DNA from: a virus
Lineage: Duplodnaviria; Caudoviricetes
IMG/VR virus record: IMGVR_UViG_3300042475_001147
Span: 1 to 63,767 of that record
DNA length: 63,767 bases
Strand: one strand, 5' to 3'
Position 1 is the first letter of the stretch. Every line of letters starts with the position of its first letter. Of this stretch, positions 21,021 to 29,548 are shown one piece after another. The translations under genes were made by a program, and so were the position numbers. The notes below the pieces were generated by a model. The model was not told where the DNA came from, made no database searches, and saw only the letters and a list, made by a program, of their open reading frames with translations.

Positions 21021-23406
21021 TCTTGACCTCCTTCTTCTTTATAACTAACCACTTACCTGCCATGTCTCTACCTTCCTCCGGCATTGAACTAGACTTGAAC
21101 ACTGCGTATGAGTATACCCACTTGGCAAACTTCTGACGAGACACTGTCATCCTAGACCGTGGCCCATAGTCGGGGTAGTTGTCGACGAAGTCAGAGTACA
21201 ATTCGTTCGTGCGTATTCTCTTGTTAGGCTCGAGCATCTTGTTCTCAAATCCATCCACCAATCCACACCATTCGATGAAATCGTGGCAAGTCTCGGCAGA
21301 CAACTGACGCACCTTTAGGTTGACGAACTTGCTCTTGACAAGGCCGGTGGCTAGGTAAGACTTCAAGCAACCCACCATGTAGTTGTCAAACTCGCACCAA
21401 TCATCATCGTTCCACTCACCGAACATCAACTTCCCAAACTCATCAAGCGGGGTGTAGTTCTTGTTGTAGTATTGGTGTAACTCCAACTCCCACTTGCGTC
21501 GAGCAAACGAGTTACCCGCTCCCTTGATGGCGTAGTTGGTGGTGATGGCAATCTTCGGTGACTTGCTGAATGGTATTTTGATGGCGTCTTTGTTCTTCTT
21601 CTCAAGCGTCAAACCTTCAGTGACAACACTGAAGAGACGCTCGAAGTCAAAGTGTTTCTTCACGTCATCGAACACCAGTATCTGCGTGTCGGCAGACACC
21701 AACTGATAGGCGAACGACCGCTCAAAGGTGAACGACTTACCATCGATGGTCACCACTTTCTTCATGTGAGACAACGCATTCATAAACAATCCCTTACCGG
21801 TACCACCCTCGGGGTTGTCGCTGATTACCTCGTCATTCAAGATGACCGCAGGGCAGAACGATAAATTCTTGTAGCCGTGCATCAAGAACCCGATGGTCGA
21901 CTGCATTGACTCAACCCTTGATGTGTCATTACCGCAGATGTTCTCAATGAACCGGTTGTAGTAGCAACTCTCACGCACATCGCACAGCGAGAACACCCTG
22001 TCAATTACGTGGTCTTTCCATACGTAACCACCCAAGTCCAAGTAGTCAATGGGGATGATGTCTTTCTTGGTAATCTTCACAGCGCAGTTGCGGTAGTACA
22101 GGTAGGCAATGTCCTTGGAGTCCTCGATGAAATAGATTTCAATCGTTGATAGCATGGACAAGAACTCCTCCTTAAAGAACCGCGTGTTGTCGGCGAAGTA
22201 ATTGTATACCGAGATGTCATCCAAGTCAAGCAGGTGCGTAAGCACGAAGTCCTTTATCTCTTTCTCTGATGCGTGGTCTACTAGGTTGTTGGTCACCTTC
22301 ACGAACACGTAGTTCTTGCCACCCTCCGGGCAGTACTTGTAGAAGCCCGAGTCTTCCAAGAACTGCTTGAACTGAATGTGAATAATCTTGATGACTCCCT
22401 TGTCTGACTTGGACCAAAATGTCTGCTTGGAATTCTCTTCCTCAATCTTGGTAAGCACAGTCTCGATTACATCGCTATCCAAGTTGGAGTCCTGCAATTG
22501 GATGCGTATCTCTTTTTTTGGTACACCCCTCCTCATCTTGGCGCGTATCTGATTGATGCGCTCCTCGTCTTGGTATGCCTTGGTGCCAAAGTTCTGCTTG
22601 TTGGCATAGGCAGAATCAATGGTGCGTTGTATCTCCGCCAAGTCGAACGACTCTGTGGCGTACTGATTCAGCACATAGGACGCAAGACTTCGGTTGATAC
22701 CAAAATCATTCAGCGCCATGGCTAGTATGTATGCGTTGTGGTTTCGTTGACCCTCACTCATTGGGTACTTCTTGACCCACCACTTGATGAGGATGTCTAC
22801 AATCTTGTTCTCGTCAGTGATGGTGATGGTCGGAGCATCTACGTTGCGGGTCACCTCTTGGTACTCCGGCTCCTCAATCTTGTCCCATATGGACGAGTTC
22901 TCGTTGATGTATATCAATGGGTCGTAAGACTCATAGCATACCCGAGAGATGTTCTTTGATGTCTTGTCGAAGTACACCGAGTTGAAGTACTTCTCAAGGC
23001 TATTGAAATAGTTCTGATGGTTTTCTGCGTCAGCCGGTATCTTCACCAACACCTTCAAGCCATTGCCCGAAGGGCTGACAAAGGCAGAGAACACAAACTT
23101 GTTCTTGGTAAGCATATCCTTGTCCTCAAGCAATGCCTTCTGCTTCTCATACCCATCAAAGTCCAAGCATATTAAACCACTATGCTCAAGCAAAGCGTTG
23201 TCATTTCTCTTGTTAAACGTACCCGAAAAGCAGATGGCGGGTAGTTGTTTCTTCAATTCGTTTCGCTCGGTCTTATTCTTTTCAGACCTAATTCTCTTGA
23301 CGAGATCCTTACTCGTCCCCTCCTTGATGCGAATCAATATACCCATCACACCACGGTGAAACGGTGTCGATGTGTCCTTGATACTTTGGAAAATAGTTAC
23401 ATTCAT
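21001..23406 (-). CDS. Primase-helicase (BT4734/VirE-N-like, PriCT-like and P-loop domains)
   Basis: LPAICFSGTF, HSGLICLDFD, SPSGNGLKV, EGQRNH, GGTGKG Walker A, LVFDD Walker B, ITTN. Confidence 0.85.
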   Translation of the reverse strand: MNVTIFQSIKDTSTPFHRGVMGILIRIKEGTSKDLVKRIRSEKNKTERNELKKQLPAICFSGTFNKRNDNALLEHSGLICLDFDGYEKQKALLEDKDMLTKNKFVFSAFVSPSGNGLKVLVKIPADAENHQNYFNSLEKYFNSVYFDKTSKNISRVCYESYDPLIYINENSSIWDKIEEPEYQEVTRNVDAPTITITDENKIVDILIKWWVKKYPMSEGQRNHNAYILAMALNDFGINRSLASYVLNQYATESFDLAEIQRTIDSAYANKQNFGTKAYQDEERINQIRAKMRRGVPKKEIRIQLQDSNLDSDVIETVLTKIEEENSKQTFWSKSDKGVIKIIHIQFKQFLEDSGFYKYCPEGGKNYVFVKVTNNLVDHASEKEIKDFVLTHLLDLDDISVYNYFADNTRFFKEEFLSMLSTIEIYFIEDSKDIAYLYYRNCAVKITKKDIIPIDYLDLGGYVWKDHVIDRVFSLCDVRESCYYNRFIENICGNDTSRVESMQSTIGFLMHGYKNLSFCPAVILNDEVISDNPEGGTGKGLFMNALSHMKKVVTIDGKSFTFERSFAYQLVSADTQILVFDDVKKHFDFERLFSVVTEGLTLEKKNKDAIKIPFSKSPKIAITTNYAIKGAGNSFARRKWELELHQYYNKNYTPLDEFGKLMFGEWNDDDWCEFDNYMVGCLKSYLATGLVKSKFVNLKVRQLSAETCHDFIEWCGLVDGFENKMLEPNKRIRTNELYSDFVDNYPDYGPRSRMTVSRQKFAKWVYSYAVFKSSSMPEEGRDMAGKWLVIKKKEVKNDEGTD

Positions 23407-23423
23407 GTTGATTTCGTAATGGT

Positions 23424-23758
23424 TATGACAATTTTATGTTGAAAATATGTTGACTTTCAAAATCGTAAGTTATTGATATTCAATTAGTTACTTTAATTTA
23501 TGTTGAAAATGTTAAAAATGAAAATGAAAATAGAATAATAAATAAATAGAGAGAGAGATAAAGAGAGAGAGAGAATAAGGAATTTTTTTTTAACATTTCA
23601 ACATTTTAGGGGGACAAAAAAGGGGAGCGAACTCCCCTTAAGTCCCGTCTTTGTTGGTCTTACCAAGGTAACTCGTCCTCCGTATTTTCAACATGGGGTT
23701 GTACATTTTTCGACATACCCCCCTGATTTTTTGACATTTCACCCTGATTTTTCGACAT
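23424..23758. other. Origin-like element A (ATGTTGAAAAT repeats, dyad, AT-rich and (GA)n tract, phased iterons)
   Basis: AT-rich segment upstream of the primase, homologous to 39180-39390; TTTTYRACAT copies end at 23694, 23716, 23737, 23758. Confidence 0.65.
23616..23639 (-). terminator. Intrinsic terminator after the SSB gene
   Basis: Minus strand AAGGGGAG-TTCG-CTCCCCTT followed by a T run. Confidence 0.85.
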
Positions 23759-23968
23759 GTTGGTAGGTTCGTACATATCGAGTTCACAATATGGGTTACC
23801 ACTTCTGCCGTACTTGATGGATACATTCACCCATCCATTCTTTTGGTGTTCTTTCATGAACGCTACTGCGTCTTCAACTTTGATTGAGAGTCTGCCTACT
23901 ACAAACTCGGGGGCGTTCTCGTTTCTCTTGAAAGAGAAGCCATCTGCGAATACTTTTTCTTGTGACAT
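23660..23968 (-). CDS. Putative single-stranded DNA-binding protein, 102 aa
   Basis: Start MSQEKVFADG; acidic C-terminus EDELPW; next to SSAP and exonuclease. Confidence 0.65.
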   Translation of the reverse strand: MSQEKVFADGFSFKRNENAPEFVVGRLSIKVEDAVAFMKEHQKNGWVNVSIKYGRSGNPYCELDMYEPTNMSKNQGEMSKNQGGMSKNVQPHVENTEDELPW

Positions 23969-23972
23969 GTGT

Positions 23973-24710
23973 TTATAAAATTTCTTTGATGTAATGGTTA
24001 ATGATAGACTCGGTGGCGTTGTCACCGTAGTACACTTTGAAAACTTCTGAGGCACGCTCAACTTTCTTGGCTCCGCCTTCAACGAACTCTGTTGATGGTA
24101 TAAACATCCCAAGTTGGCGGGTCTCTTTGTCGACAGCCAAGAAGACCAATGGTCTACCGAACAACTGTTGGTAGATGTAGCACTGGCTGTCGTAGTTGTA
24201 CGAGCGGGCAGAGTACTTGAACTTGTTGATGTCTGCTGTGGTCTTGAGGTCAATCACGTAATCGTCGGTGACGATGTCGGCCTTCCCTTTCCAAGTCAAG
24301 CCACACAACTCGGTCACCTCGGGTACCTCGTACTTGGCGCCAATTTGGTAGATCATTTCGTAGAACGTGTAGTTCTGCTTGACAGCGGCGGCCCACCCAG
24401 ATACTTCCTCTACCTCCTTCTGCAACATGCAGAACTCAACACCCTTCTCTTGGATGAACGACTTGTACTCCTTGGTGGTGCGTGTTGATGTGTCACACAC
24501 GGGGAAGTCAATCACCTTGTGTGGCTCGATAAGAAGTTGGTGGAACAACCGCCCTTCCGCAAAGGCTTTGCCGTCCTTCCGAGATCTGCCATAAGCGGCC
24601 GGATTGTTGAGCAAAGTTCCTATGTCTGAGTTGGACAGGAACTGTCTGCCTATCCCAGTATAGTATTCTTGGTCGTTTTCAAGCGATTTAAGCAACTCAA
24701 CCCTGTCCAT
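23973..24710 (-). CDS. PD-(D/E)XK exonuclease (RecE/DUF3799-like)
   Basis: LSNSDI, GRLFH.LLIEP, KGKADI, IDLKTT, YDSQ..IY. Confidence 0.85.
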   Translation of the reverse strand: MDRVELLKSLENDQEYYTGIGRQFLSNSDIGTLLNNPAAYGRSRKDGKAFAEGRLFHQLLIEPHKVIDFPVCDTSTRTTKEYKSFIQEKGVEFCMLQKEVEEVSGWAAAVKQNYTFYEMIYQIGAKYEVPEVTELCGLTWKGKADIVTDDYVIDLKTTADINKFKYSARSYNYDSQCYIYQQLFGRPLVFLAVDKETRQLGMFIPSTEFVEGGAKKVERASEVFKVYYGDNATESIINHYIKEIL

Positions 24711-25398
24711 TGGTATCTACTATAGTCTTGAGTGATTTGAGTGCAGCAGGAGCGATTGTAAAGCGTTGCTTCAAAATCTTCTCGATGTCCTCGAATGATT
24801 TGGTCTTGTTGTCATCGATCCATTTGGTAACTTTTGCCCAGTCTTCGCTGTCAACTTTCAGTTGTGGCTTGGCATCGGCGGGTGCCTTTGCGGTAGCGAC
24901 CGGCGCCTTGGCGATAGGCTTGCTTGTTGTGTTGGCAACTGCGTCGGCTTCTGACTCGGGCAAATCCTCACCGGCAAAGATGTAATGGCCGAGACCAAAC
25001 ATCGCCAAGTTCTTAACCAAGCAACGCATCAAAGTTTTGTTGATGTCAAACATGCTTGCTTGCTCAACTGACTTGTCGCCGTAGCGGGTAGAGTAGGTGT
25101 AAGCCTCGTGCTTCATCGCCTTGTTGGCACCATCCATAACCGGAAGCCACATCTCAAGCGTCTGCCCTTGGATGGTTACTTGGGTCATAACCATGTAGCC
25201 GAGCGATGCGTCGTGGAAGTAAGGCAGGAATGTGCTTGGCTCACGAAGGACTAGGTAGGATGCATCGGGGTAGGCTTTCTTTACTTCGGCCCAAGCCCAA
25301 GCCCATGACAGGTAGGTCAGCCCGCTTTTCTTTTCGACCTTGTCGTTGACATTGATAGCGCTCAATGTTTCGAATACTGATTTTGTTTCTTTAGTCAT
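24697..25398 (-). CDS. Single-strand annealing protein (Sak3/DUF1071-like)
   Basis: LTYLSWAWAW, MWLPVMD..N, INKTLMRCLVK.LAMFGLG.YI.AGEDLP. Confidence 0.85.
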   Translation of the reverse strand: MTKETKSVFETLSAINVNDKVEKKSGLTYLSWAWAWAEVKKAYPDASYLVLREPSTFLPYFHDASLGYMVMTQVTIQGQTLEMWLPVMDGANKAMKHEAYTYSTRYGDKSVEQASMFDINKTLMRCLVKNLAMFGLGHYIFAGEDLPESEADAVANTTSKPIAKAPVATAKAPADAKPQLKVDSEDWAKVTKWIDDNKTKSFEDIEKILKQRFTIAPAALKSLKTIVDTNGQG

Positions 25399-25409
25399 AT
25401 AAAATTTAA

Positions 25410-25733
25410 TTAGATTTTTGTTTCCAATTCAAAGCCAACTGCACTCTGAATTCTGTCTACCAAGAACCGGTAGTCCGGATCTGTGTCGACCTTTTCTTTT
25501 ATCTTGTTGATGCCGCCCTTTACTGCTGGGTGTTTGAGGGGCAAGCCCTTCTCCTCCATCAGTCGGATGATATCCGCAAGGGATATGTCTCTCTCCATGC
25601 ATAGGAAGAAAAGCAACTGCCTTGCGTCCACGATATCTTGTCTCTTGGTTCTTTCGAACATCACCTCCGGTGTCTTCATACCGAAGGTCTTTGCTACTTG
25701 TTTTACGAATTGATTAAATAGTATTTTTTTCAT
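25410..25733 (-). CDS. DnaA C-terminal (domain IV)-like DNA-binding protein
   Basis: RTKRQDIVDARQLLFFLC....SLADI...H.AV..GI.KI resembles the Bac_DnaA_C pattern. Confidence 0.65.
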   Translation of the reverse strand: MKKILFNQFVKQVAKTFGMKTPEVMFERTKRQDIVDARQLLFFLCMERDISLADIIRLMEEKGLPLKHPAVKGGINKIKEKVDTDPDYRFLVDRIQSAVGFELETKI

Positions 25734-26104
25734 TTGCTTTTATTAAATAATTGGTCAGCCTCATACCTCCATATGAAACTTAAAATGTCTTTTATTTCTC
25801 TTGATTTAACTTTGGTGTGCATCTCGTCAGACTCTTGATTGTCAAAGGATTCATAAAGATAATCTCTATCAATTAATACTTGGATATCAAAGCCACCTGC
25901 ATAACTAAGTACTTCTACACAGTCTCTATCGTATCCCAATGCGAATGCTAGATCCCAATCGGCCAACTTCACAACCATGGTGTCGATGAATTCCCTCTTG
26001 GTTACGGGATGCCCATCAAGCACACGCTGTAGGAACTGAATGGCCCTCTTGTTTGGATGCACTTGCATCTTCTCGTTCAATAATTCTTTGCGTAAGTCTT
26101 TCAT
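25730..26104 (-). CDS. Hypothetical protein
   Basis: 124-aa ORF, ATGA-coupled. Confidence 0.6.
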   Translation of the reverse strand: MKDLRKELLNEKMQVHPNKRAIQFLQRVLDGHPVTKREFIDTMVVKLADWDLAFALGYDRDCVEVLSYAGGFDIQVLIDRDYLYESFDNQESDEMHTKVKSREIKDILSFIWRYEADQLFNKSK

Positions 26105-26457
26105 TCTTCTTCTTTAGGTTTAAGTCTGTACTGATTGTCGCCTTCATCAACCAAATCGAAATAGGTCTTGCACTTGTAGCAATGGTCTATCTCTTCCATG
26201 AATTCTTTGATGTCTTGCGCGTCCGGCTCCCAGTCTTCAAACATTTCAGACTCTACGAGTTTGGTGTTGTTGCAGATGGGGCAGGTGTAGTGTGCGCTGA
26301 TCGTCCAAGTAGTTACCTCGCTGACTCTGAGGTCCACGGGCGCACCTTTCTCAGCGTTGTCTAATGCTTTTTGAATTAATTTTATCTGACTACGGTTACC
26401 GAACTGAAGCGGCACCTCTTTCCCGTCAAGATAAAACTTACCTTTCTTAAGTATCAT
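26101..26457 (-). CDS. Hypothetical zinc-ribbon protein
   Basis: CPIC...CYKC. Confidence 0.6.
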   Translation of the reverse strand: MILKKGKFYLDGKEVPLQFGNRSQIKLIQKALDNAEKGAPVDLRVSEVTTWTISAHYTCPICNNTKLVESEMFEDWEPDAQDIKEFMEEIDHCYKCKTYFDLVDEGDNQYRLKPKEEE

Positions 26458-26487
26458 AGTTCTCCAATAAGTTTGCTTTTGTTGTTA

Positions 26488-26495
26488 CAAATATA
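26488..26495 (-). promoter_or_regulatory. -7 box TATATTTG, probable replication-operon promoter
   Basis: CAAATATA on +, in the intergenic gap upstream of 26457. Confidence 0.6.
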
Positions 26496-26511
26496 ATACA
26501 AAGATGCTACA

Positions 26512-26685
26512 TCATTTGATTGAATCTTTTATTTTTTCTTTCAACTCTTCGAGTTCCTCTCTCCACTCGGTGACGAGTGTTAACTCCCTTGGATCTTCAA
26601 AGTTGTACGATGGGGCAACCTCTGTGTTGGCATCGATCTTCTCAATGATTGCGTGCAGTCTTCTGAATATATCTTGGTGTGTCAT
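26512..26685 (-). CDS. Small hypothetical protein (MTHQDIF)
   Basis: ATG immediately downstream of the palindrome at 26691-26706. Confidence 0.5.
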   Translation of the reverse strand: MTHQDIFRRLHAIIEKIDANTEVAPSYNFEDPRELTLVTEWREELEELKEKIKDSIK

Positions 26686-26706
26686 AGCCGGTGTCTTTAA
26701 AGACAC

Positions 26707-26802
26707 TCAGAACTTCCCCGTCTTGTTGTGCATCATCGCCTTAATGCATTGATCATCAAGCCAACGGAGAAAGTTCCAAGCGTTCCTAATAACTTTAATC
26801 AT
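26707..26802 (-). CDS. 31-aa peptide MIKVIRNAWNFLRWLDDQCIKAMMHNKTGKF
   Basis: Hand-translated; fills the gap in the operon. Confidence 0.4.
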   Translation of the reverse strand: MIKVIRNAWNFLRWLDDQCIKAMMHNKTGKF

Positions 26803-26814
26803 CTTCAAAGATAG

Positions 26815-27330
26815 TTAACCAAATGCAACTTCTCCCATCACCAAGTACTGGAACACAGCGTCAGCATCACCGGCATCATAGTCGCCGGTAATCATGTTCA
26901 TCATGCACACAAGTGCTTGGCCTTCATCGTTAATCAATTGCAGTCTGTCCTTGATGCTGTCGTAGGTGAGCGTGCCAAGAATGTCCTCGCTCTCTGCGTC
27001 ATACACATCAATCTCAGCGCCGTGTTCAGCGATGGCTTTCCATGTGGCTACCGACAGCGGGCCATCGGGTTCAACTGATCTGACAATCTCCAAGGTGTAG
27101 TCTTGGATATCATACCAATAGTTGCTACCACCTTCCAATGCTGTGACGAATATGTTTTCCATCACATCGTTATCAACTTGGATGTTGATTGATAGGTCTT
27201 TGTTCTTGTCGAGTACCGACATGATTGCGCGGTGTAGTGCGTTGATGTTCGGCCCTGTTGGTTCGAGATTCAATAGCCCTCTGTTGATGATTGATGTTAC
27301 AATCTCTCTTGTCTTTCTAGTGTTGCTCAT
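26815..27330 (-). CDS. Phage hypothetical protein
   Basis: IFVTALEGGSNYW...DAGDADAVFQY.VMGEV.FG; start ATG 27330 with GGAGG upstream. Confidence 0.65.
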   Translation of the reverse strand: MSNTRKTREIVTSIINRGLLNLEPTGPNINALHRAIMSVLDKNKDLSINIQVDNDVMENIFVTALEGGSNYWYDIQDYTLEIVRSVEPDGPLSVATWKAIAEHGAEIDVYDAESEDILGTLTYDSIKDRLQLINDEGQALVCMMNMITGDYDAGDADAVFQYLVMGEVAFG

Positions 27331-27547
27331 TGTTACCTCCGAATGTTTCGTTGTAGTATTGTTCACCAGTTATTGGTAGTGTACTTTCAGGATAATCAAT
27401 TCCATGAACTGTTCCTTTGTTGTATGCAGTTTCAATTCTTTCTTTCTCCATTTCTTTGGCTTGTTTCCAATCTGCAACGGTTAAATCTCTATTATATGCA
27501 ATTTCCCATAACCACTCCACTGCCGTTTGTTGTTTATTGTTTGTCAT
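27317..27547 (-). CDS. MTNNKQQTAVEWL-family small protein, cassette 4
   Basis: QAKEMEKE.I..AY..G...EQYYNETFGG. Confidence 0.7.
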   Translation of the reverse strand: MTNNKQQTAVEWLWEIAYNRDLTVADWKQAKEMEKERIETAYNKGTVHGIDYPESTLPITGEQYYNETFGGNNEQH

Positions 27548-27773
27548 CTCCGTAGGTTTCGTTATAGTATTCATTAAAGTCAACTTTCATTAGACCATTT
27601 TCCCAACTTTTTATGTGTTGGTCTTTTTCCATTTCTTTGGCTTGTTCTTTTAATTGCTTTAACCTTTGATTTTTTTCATCTTTTGATATATGTTCAGCCC
27701 AATAATCATAATGTAAAATTTCCATTTGTTCTGCCAACCACTCCACTGCCGTCTGTTGTTTATTGTTTGTCAT
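27534..27773 (-). CDS. MTNNKQQTAVEWL-family small protein, cassette 3
   Basis: Same N- and C-terminal motifs (QAKEMEK, EYYNETYG). Confidence 0.7.
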   Translation of the reverse strand: MTNNKQQTAVEWLAEQMEILHYDYWAEHISKDEKNQRLKQLKEQAKEMEKDQHIKSWENGLMKVDFNEYYNETYGDDKQ

Positions 27774-28036
27774 TTGTTACCTCCCTTGTGTATTATGTTT
27801 TTGCAGTTTCCTTTGTGACATAGAATATTACCCTTGTAATTCTCACAAATAAAGTATTCACATTCTTCAATTACACATACTTTAAGCGGGTCTGATGCTA
27901 ATTTACCTTTACTGGGTATTGTGTAGTTTGTGGGTTTTGATGATACTGTCGGTTCTTCGCAACCACTCACCATTCCGATAAGTAATGTTGCTAATAATAG
28001 TTTTTTCACTGCCGTTTGTTGTTTATTGTTTGTCAT
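27770..28036 (-). CDS. Putative lipoprotein carrying the MTNNKQQTAV leader, cassette 2
   Basis: KKLLLATLLIGMVSG-C lipobox-like signal; Cys/His-rich C-terminus CHKGNCKN..H. Confidence 0.65.
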   Translation of the reverse strand: MTNNKQQTAVKKLLLATLLIGMVSGCEEPTVSSKPTNYTIPSKGKLASDPLKVCVIEECEYFICENYKGNILCHKGNCKNIIHKGGNK

Positions 28037-28443
28037 TGCTCACCTCCTCCGAATGTTTCGTTGTAGTATTGTTGTGAAAAATCTTCTGCACTTTGTCGTT
28101 TTTCAAGATATTCTAAACCATAAGGCAAATTATTAAGATGAATAAACATATCCATTTGAGCATTTTTAATTTCATCCTTTCGCATTGCTTCGGCTTGTTC
28201 AAGTGCTTTGTCAATATCAAATCCTCTCAATCTCAAATTGATGTCTTTTTTGATTTGTTCAACCAACCACTCTACGCTACTCTGTTTATTGTTGCTCATT
28301 GTTTTTTCTTTTTCCATAAGTTCTTTAAGTTCTTTTTTTCTTTGTTCTCTTAGTTGTTCTCGGTTTTCAATACGCCATTTATTTTTTTCTATTGAATCGG
28401 TTTTGTATGCTTTATCGATTAGGTCTTTGATTTTGTCATTCAT
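28033..28443 (-). CDS. KQSSVEWL-family protein with N-terminal extension, cassette 1
   Basis: Internal in-frame MSNNKQSSVEWL at 28299; ends QQYYNETFGGGEQ. Confidence 0.65.
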   Translation of the reverse strand: MNDKIKDLIDKAYKTDSIEKNKWRIENREQLREQRKKELKELMEKEKTMSNNKQSSVEWLVEQIKKDINLRLRGFDIDKALEQAEAMRKDEIKNAQMDMFIHLNNLPYGLEYLEKRQSAEDFSQQYYNETFGGGEQ

Positions 28444-28450
28444 TGTTCGT

Positions 28451-28918
28451 TTATTTAAGCATAAAGTTTACTGCGTTTGTGGATCCAGACATGTTGAACT
28501 TAAACATGTCAGAAGTGCAATGGCTTTCGTTAACTCTAATTACTGCCGAAGAACACGCTTTAAAGTCCTTGAAAAACTCTGCCTGTTCTACTGCAAGTAA
28601 GTCGTCAATTAAGAAGAGAACCTTAGAATTAGATGATTTCATTCCTTCAATGCTGTATCTCTTTGGCTCTCCGTTAACTACCAGTGCTACATCTACGGTG
28701 ATCATGTCATCACAAAAGTAACTTCCACCTAAGTAGAATGATAGTTGTTCGCCTACAACTTCTAACTTGATAAATGCTTTATCTAGTGCATCACTACAAT
28801 AAGAAATCTTGTAGGGTGCATCAAGTTTGTTGTCTACTGTTTTGGTTACCCACTGAGAGTAACTTTTGTTGGCTCCCATAAAAAGAATGAGAGTGAGGAT
28901 TAGATTTTTATTTTTCAT
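28451..28918 (-). CDS. Putative secreted/periplasmic protein
   Basis: MKNKNLILTLILFMGANKSYS-Q signal-peptide-like N-terminus with Gln at +1. Confidence 0.6.
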   Translation of the reverse strand: MKNKNLILTLILFMGANKSYSQWVTKTVDNKLDAPYKISYCSDALDKAFIKLEVVGEQLSFYLGGSYFCDDMITVDVALVVNGEPKRYSIEGMKSSNSKVLFLIDDLLAVEQAEFFKDFKACSSAVIRVNESHCTSDMFKFNMSGSTNAVNFMLK

Positions 28919-29082
28919 TGTTTTTTATTTTTAAGTTGGTACAATGCTATCATCACCATGAACAGGAATGATAGCCCCATGCCACCGGCAATGATCTGCG
29001 CAGTGATAGGGTACTTGACGATGCACCATCCATACACGAGGCCGGATAGGATGGTGGCGATTACGATGATGAAGTTCCTCAT
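28915..29082 (-). CDS. 55-aa protein with two transmembrane segments
   Basis: Hand-translated MRNFIIVIATILSGLVYGWCIVKYPITAQIIAGGMGLSFLFMVMIALYQLKNKKQ; ATGA-coupled at both ends. Confidence 0.6.
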   Translation of the reverse strand: MRNFIIVIATILSGLVYGWCIVKYPITAQIIAGGMGLSFLFMVMIALYQLKNKKQ

Positions 29083-29276
29083 TGTGCTACTGATTTATAG
29101 ATGCGAGTGCTGCCGTCGTCCATGATGGTCATCGGTAGTTTGAACTTGCGCACAGTTCCCTGCACGCTGTTGATGAACTTCTCTCTGTTGTCTGCATCAA
29201 GATACAACAACCGATCGATGATCTCTTGGACGAACTCTCTGCGTTCCTCCACCGAATTGATTCTTTTCTCCATCAT
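29079..29276 (-). CDS. Hypothetical protein
   Basis: 65 aa, ATGA-coupled. Confidence 0.55.
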   Translation of the reverse strand: MMEKRINSVEERREFVQEIIDRLLYLDADNREKFINSVQGTVRKFKLPMTIMDDGSTRIYKSVAQ

Positions 29277-29548
29277 TGTCTGTCCTCCTCTTCGATTTCT
29301 TTTTGATCAACCATCAAAGCGTTGCCGAGTATAAGCGTCTCCGCCATACTGCTAGCCAACATGTTGGGCTTCAGCCCAAGTAACATTCCCTCCTCGTTTA
29401 CAATAAACGTCATGCCTAATCGCGTTCTCACATACTCGATGTACCCGCCGACTGCGTTCTGTTTCTTGCTGAGGTCTGAAGCGTCGTAGTTATCAACTAC
29501 TTCGCCATCCGTTGTAATTAGTATTGCCATAATTTTATTTGATTTCAA
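29273..29548 (-). CDS. DUF3846-like protein
   Basis: Q.AVGGYIE.V...IVNEEG.L.GL.PN..AS...ILGNA. Confidence 0.7.
   Translation of the reverse strand: MKSNKIMAILITTDGEVVDNYDASDLSKKQNAVGGYIEYVRTRLGMTFIVNEEGMLLGLKPNMLASSMAETLILGNALMVDQKEIEEEDRQ

Larger units (their letters stand above)
27336..28299 (-). repeat. Shared 5' and 3' gene-end repeats of the cassette array
   Basis: 5' repeat at 27510-27547, 27736-27773, 28007-28036, degenerate at 28265-28299; identical 28-bp 3' repeat at 27336-27363 and 28046-28073. Confidence 0.9.

Noticed and set aside
21686-21699. GTGTC-GGCA-GACAC (N4) in the primase gene and near-match GTGTCGACTACGACAT in the portal gene
   Set aside because: Single instances whose spacers are unlike either class; not counted, may be chance.
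27317-28443. Diversity-generating retroelement or integron
   Set aside because: No reverse transcriptase or integrase, no adenine-specific mismatch pattern, and no attC-like structure seen.
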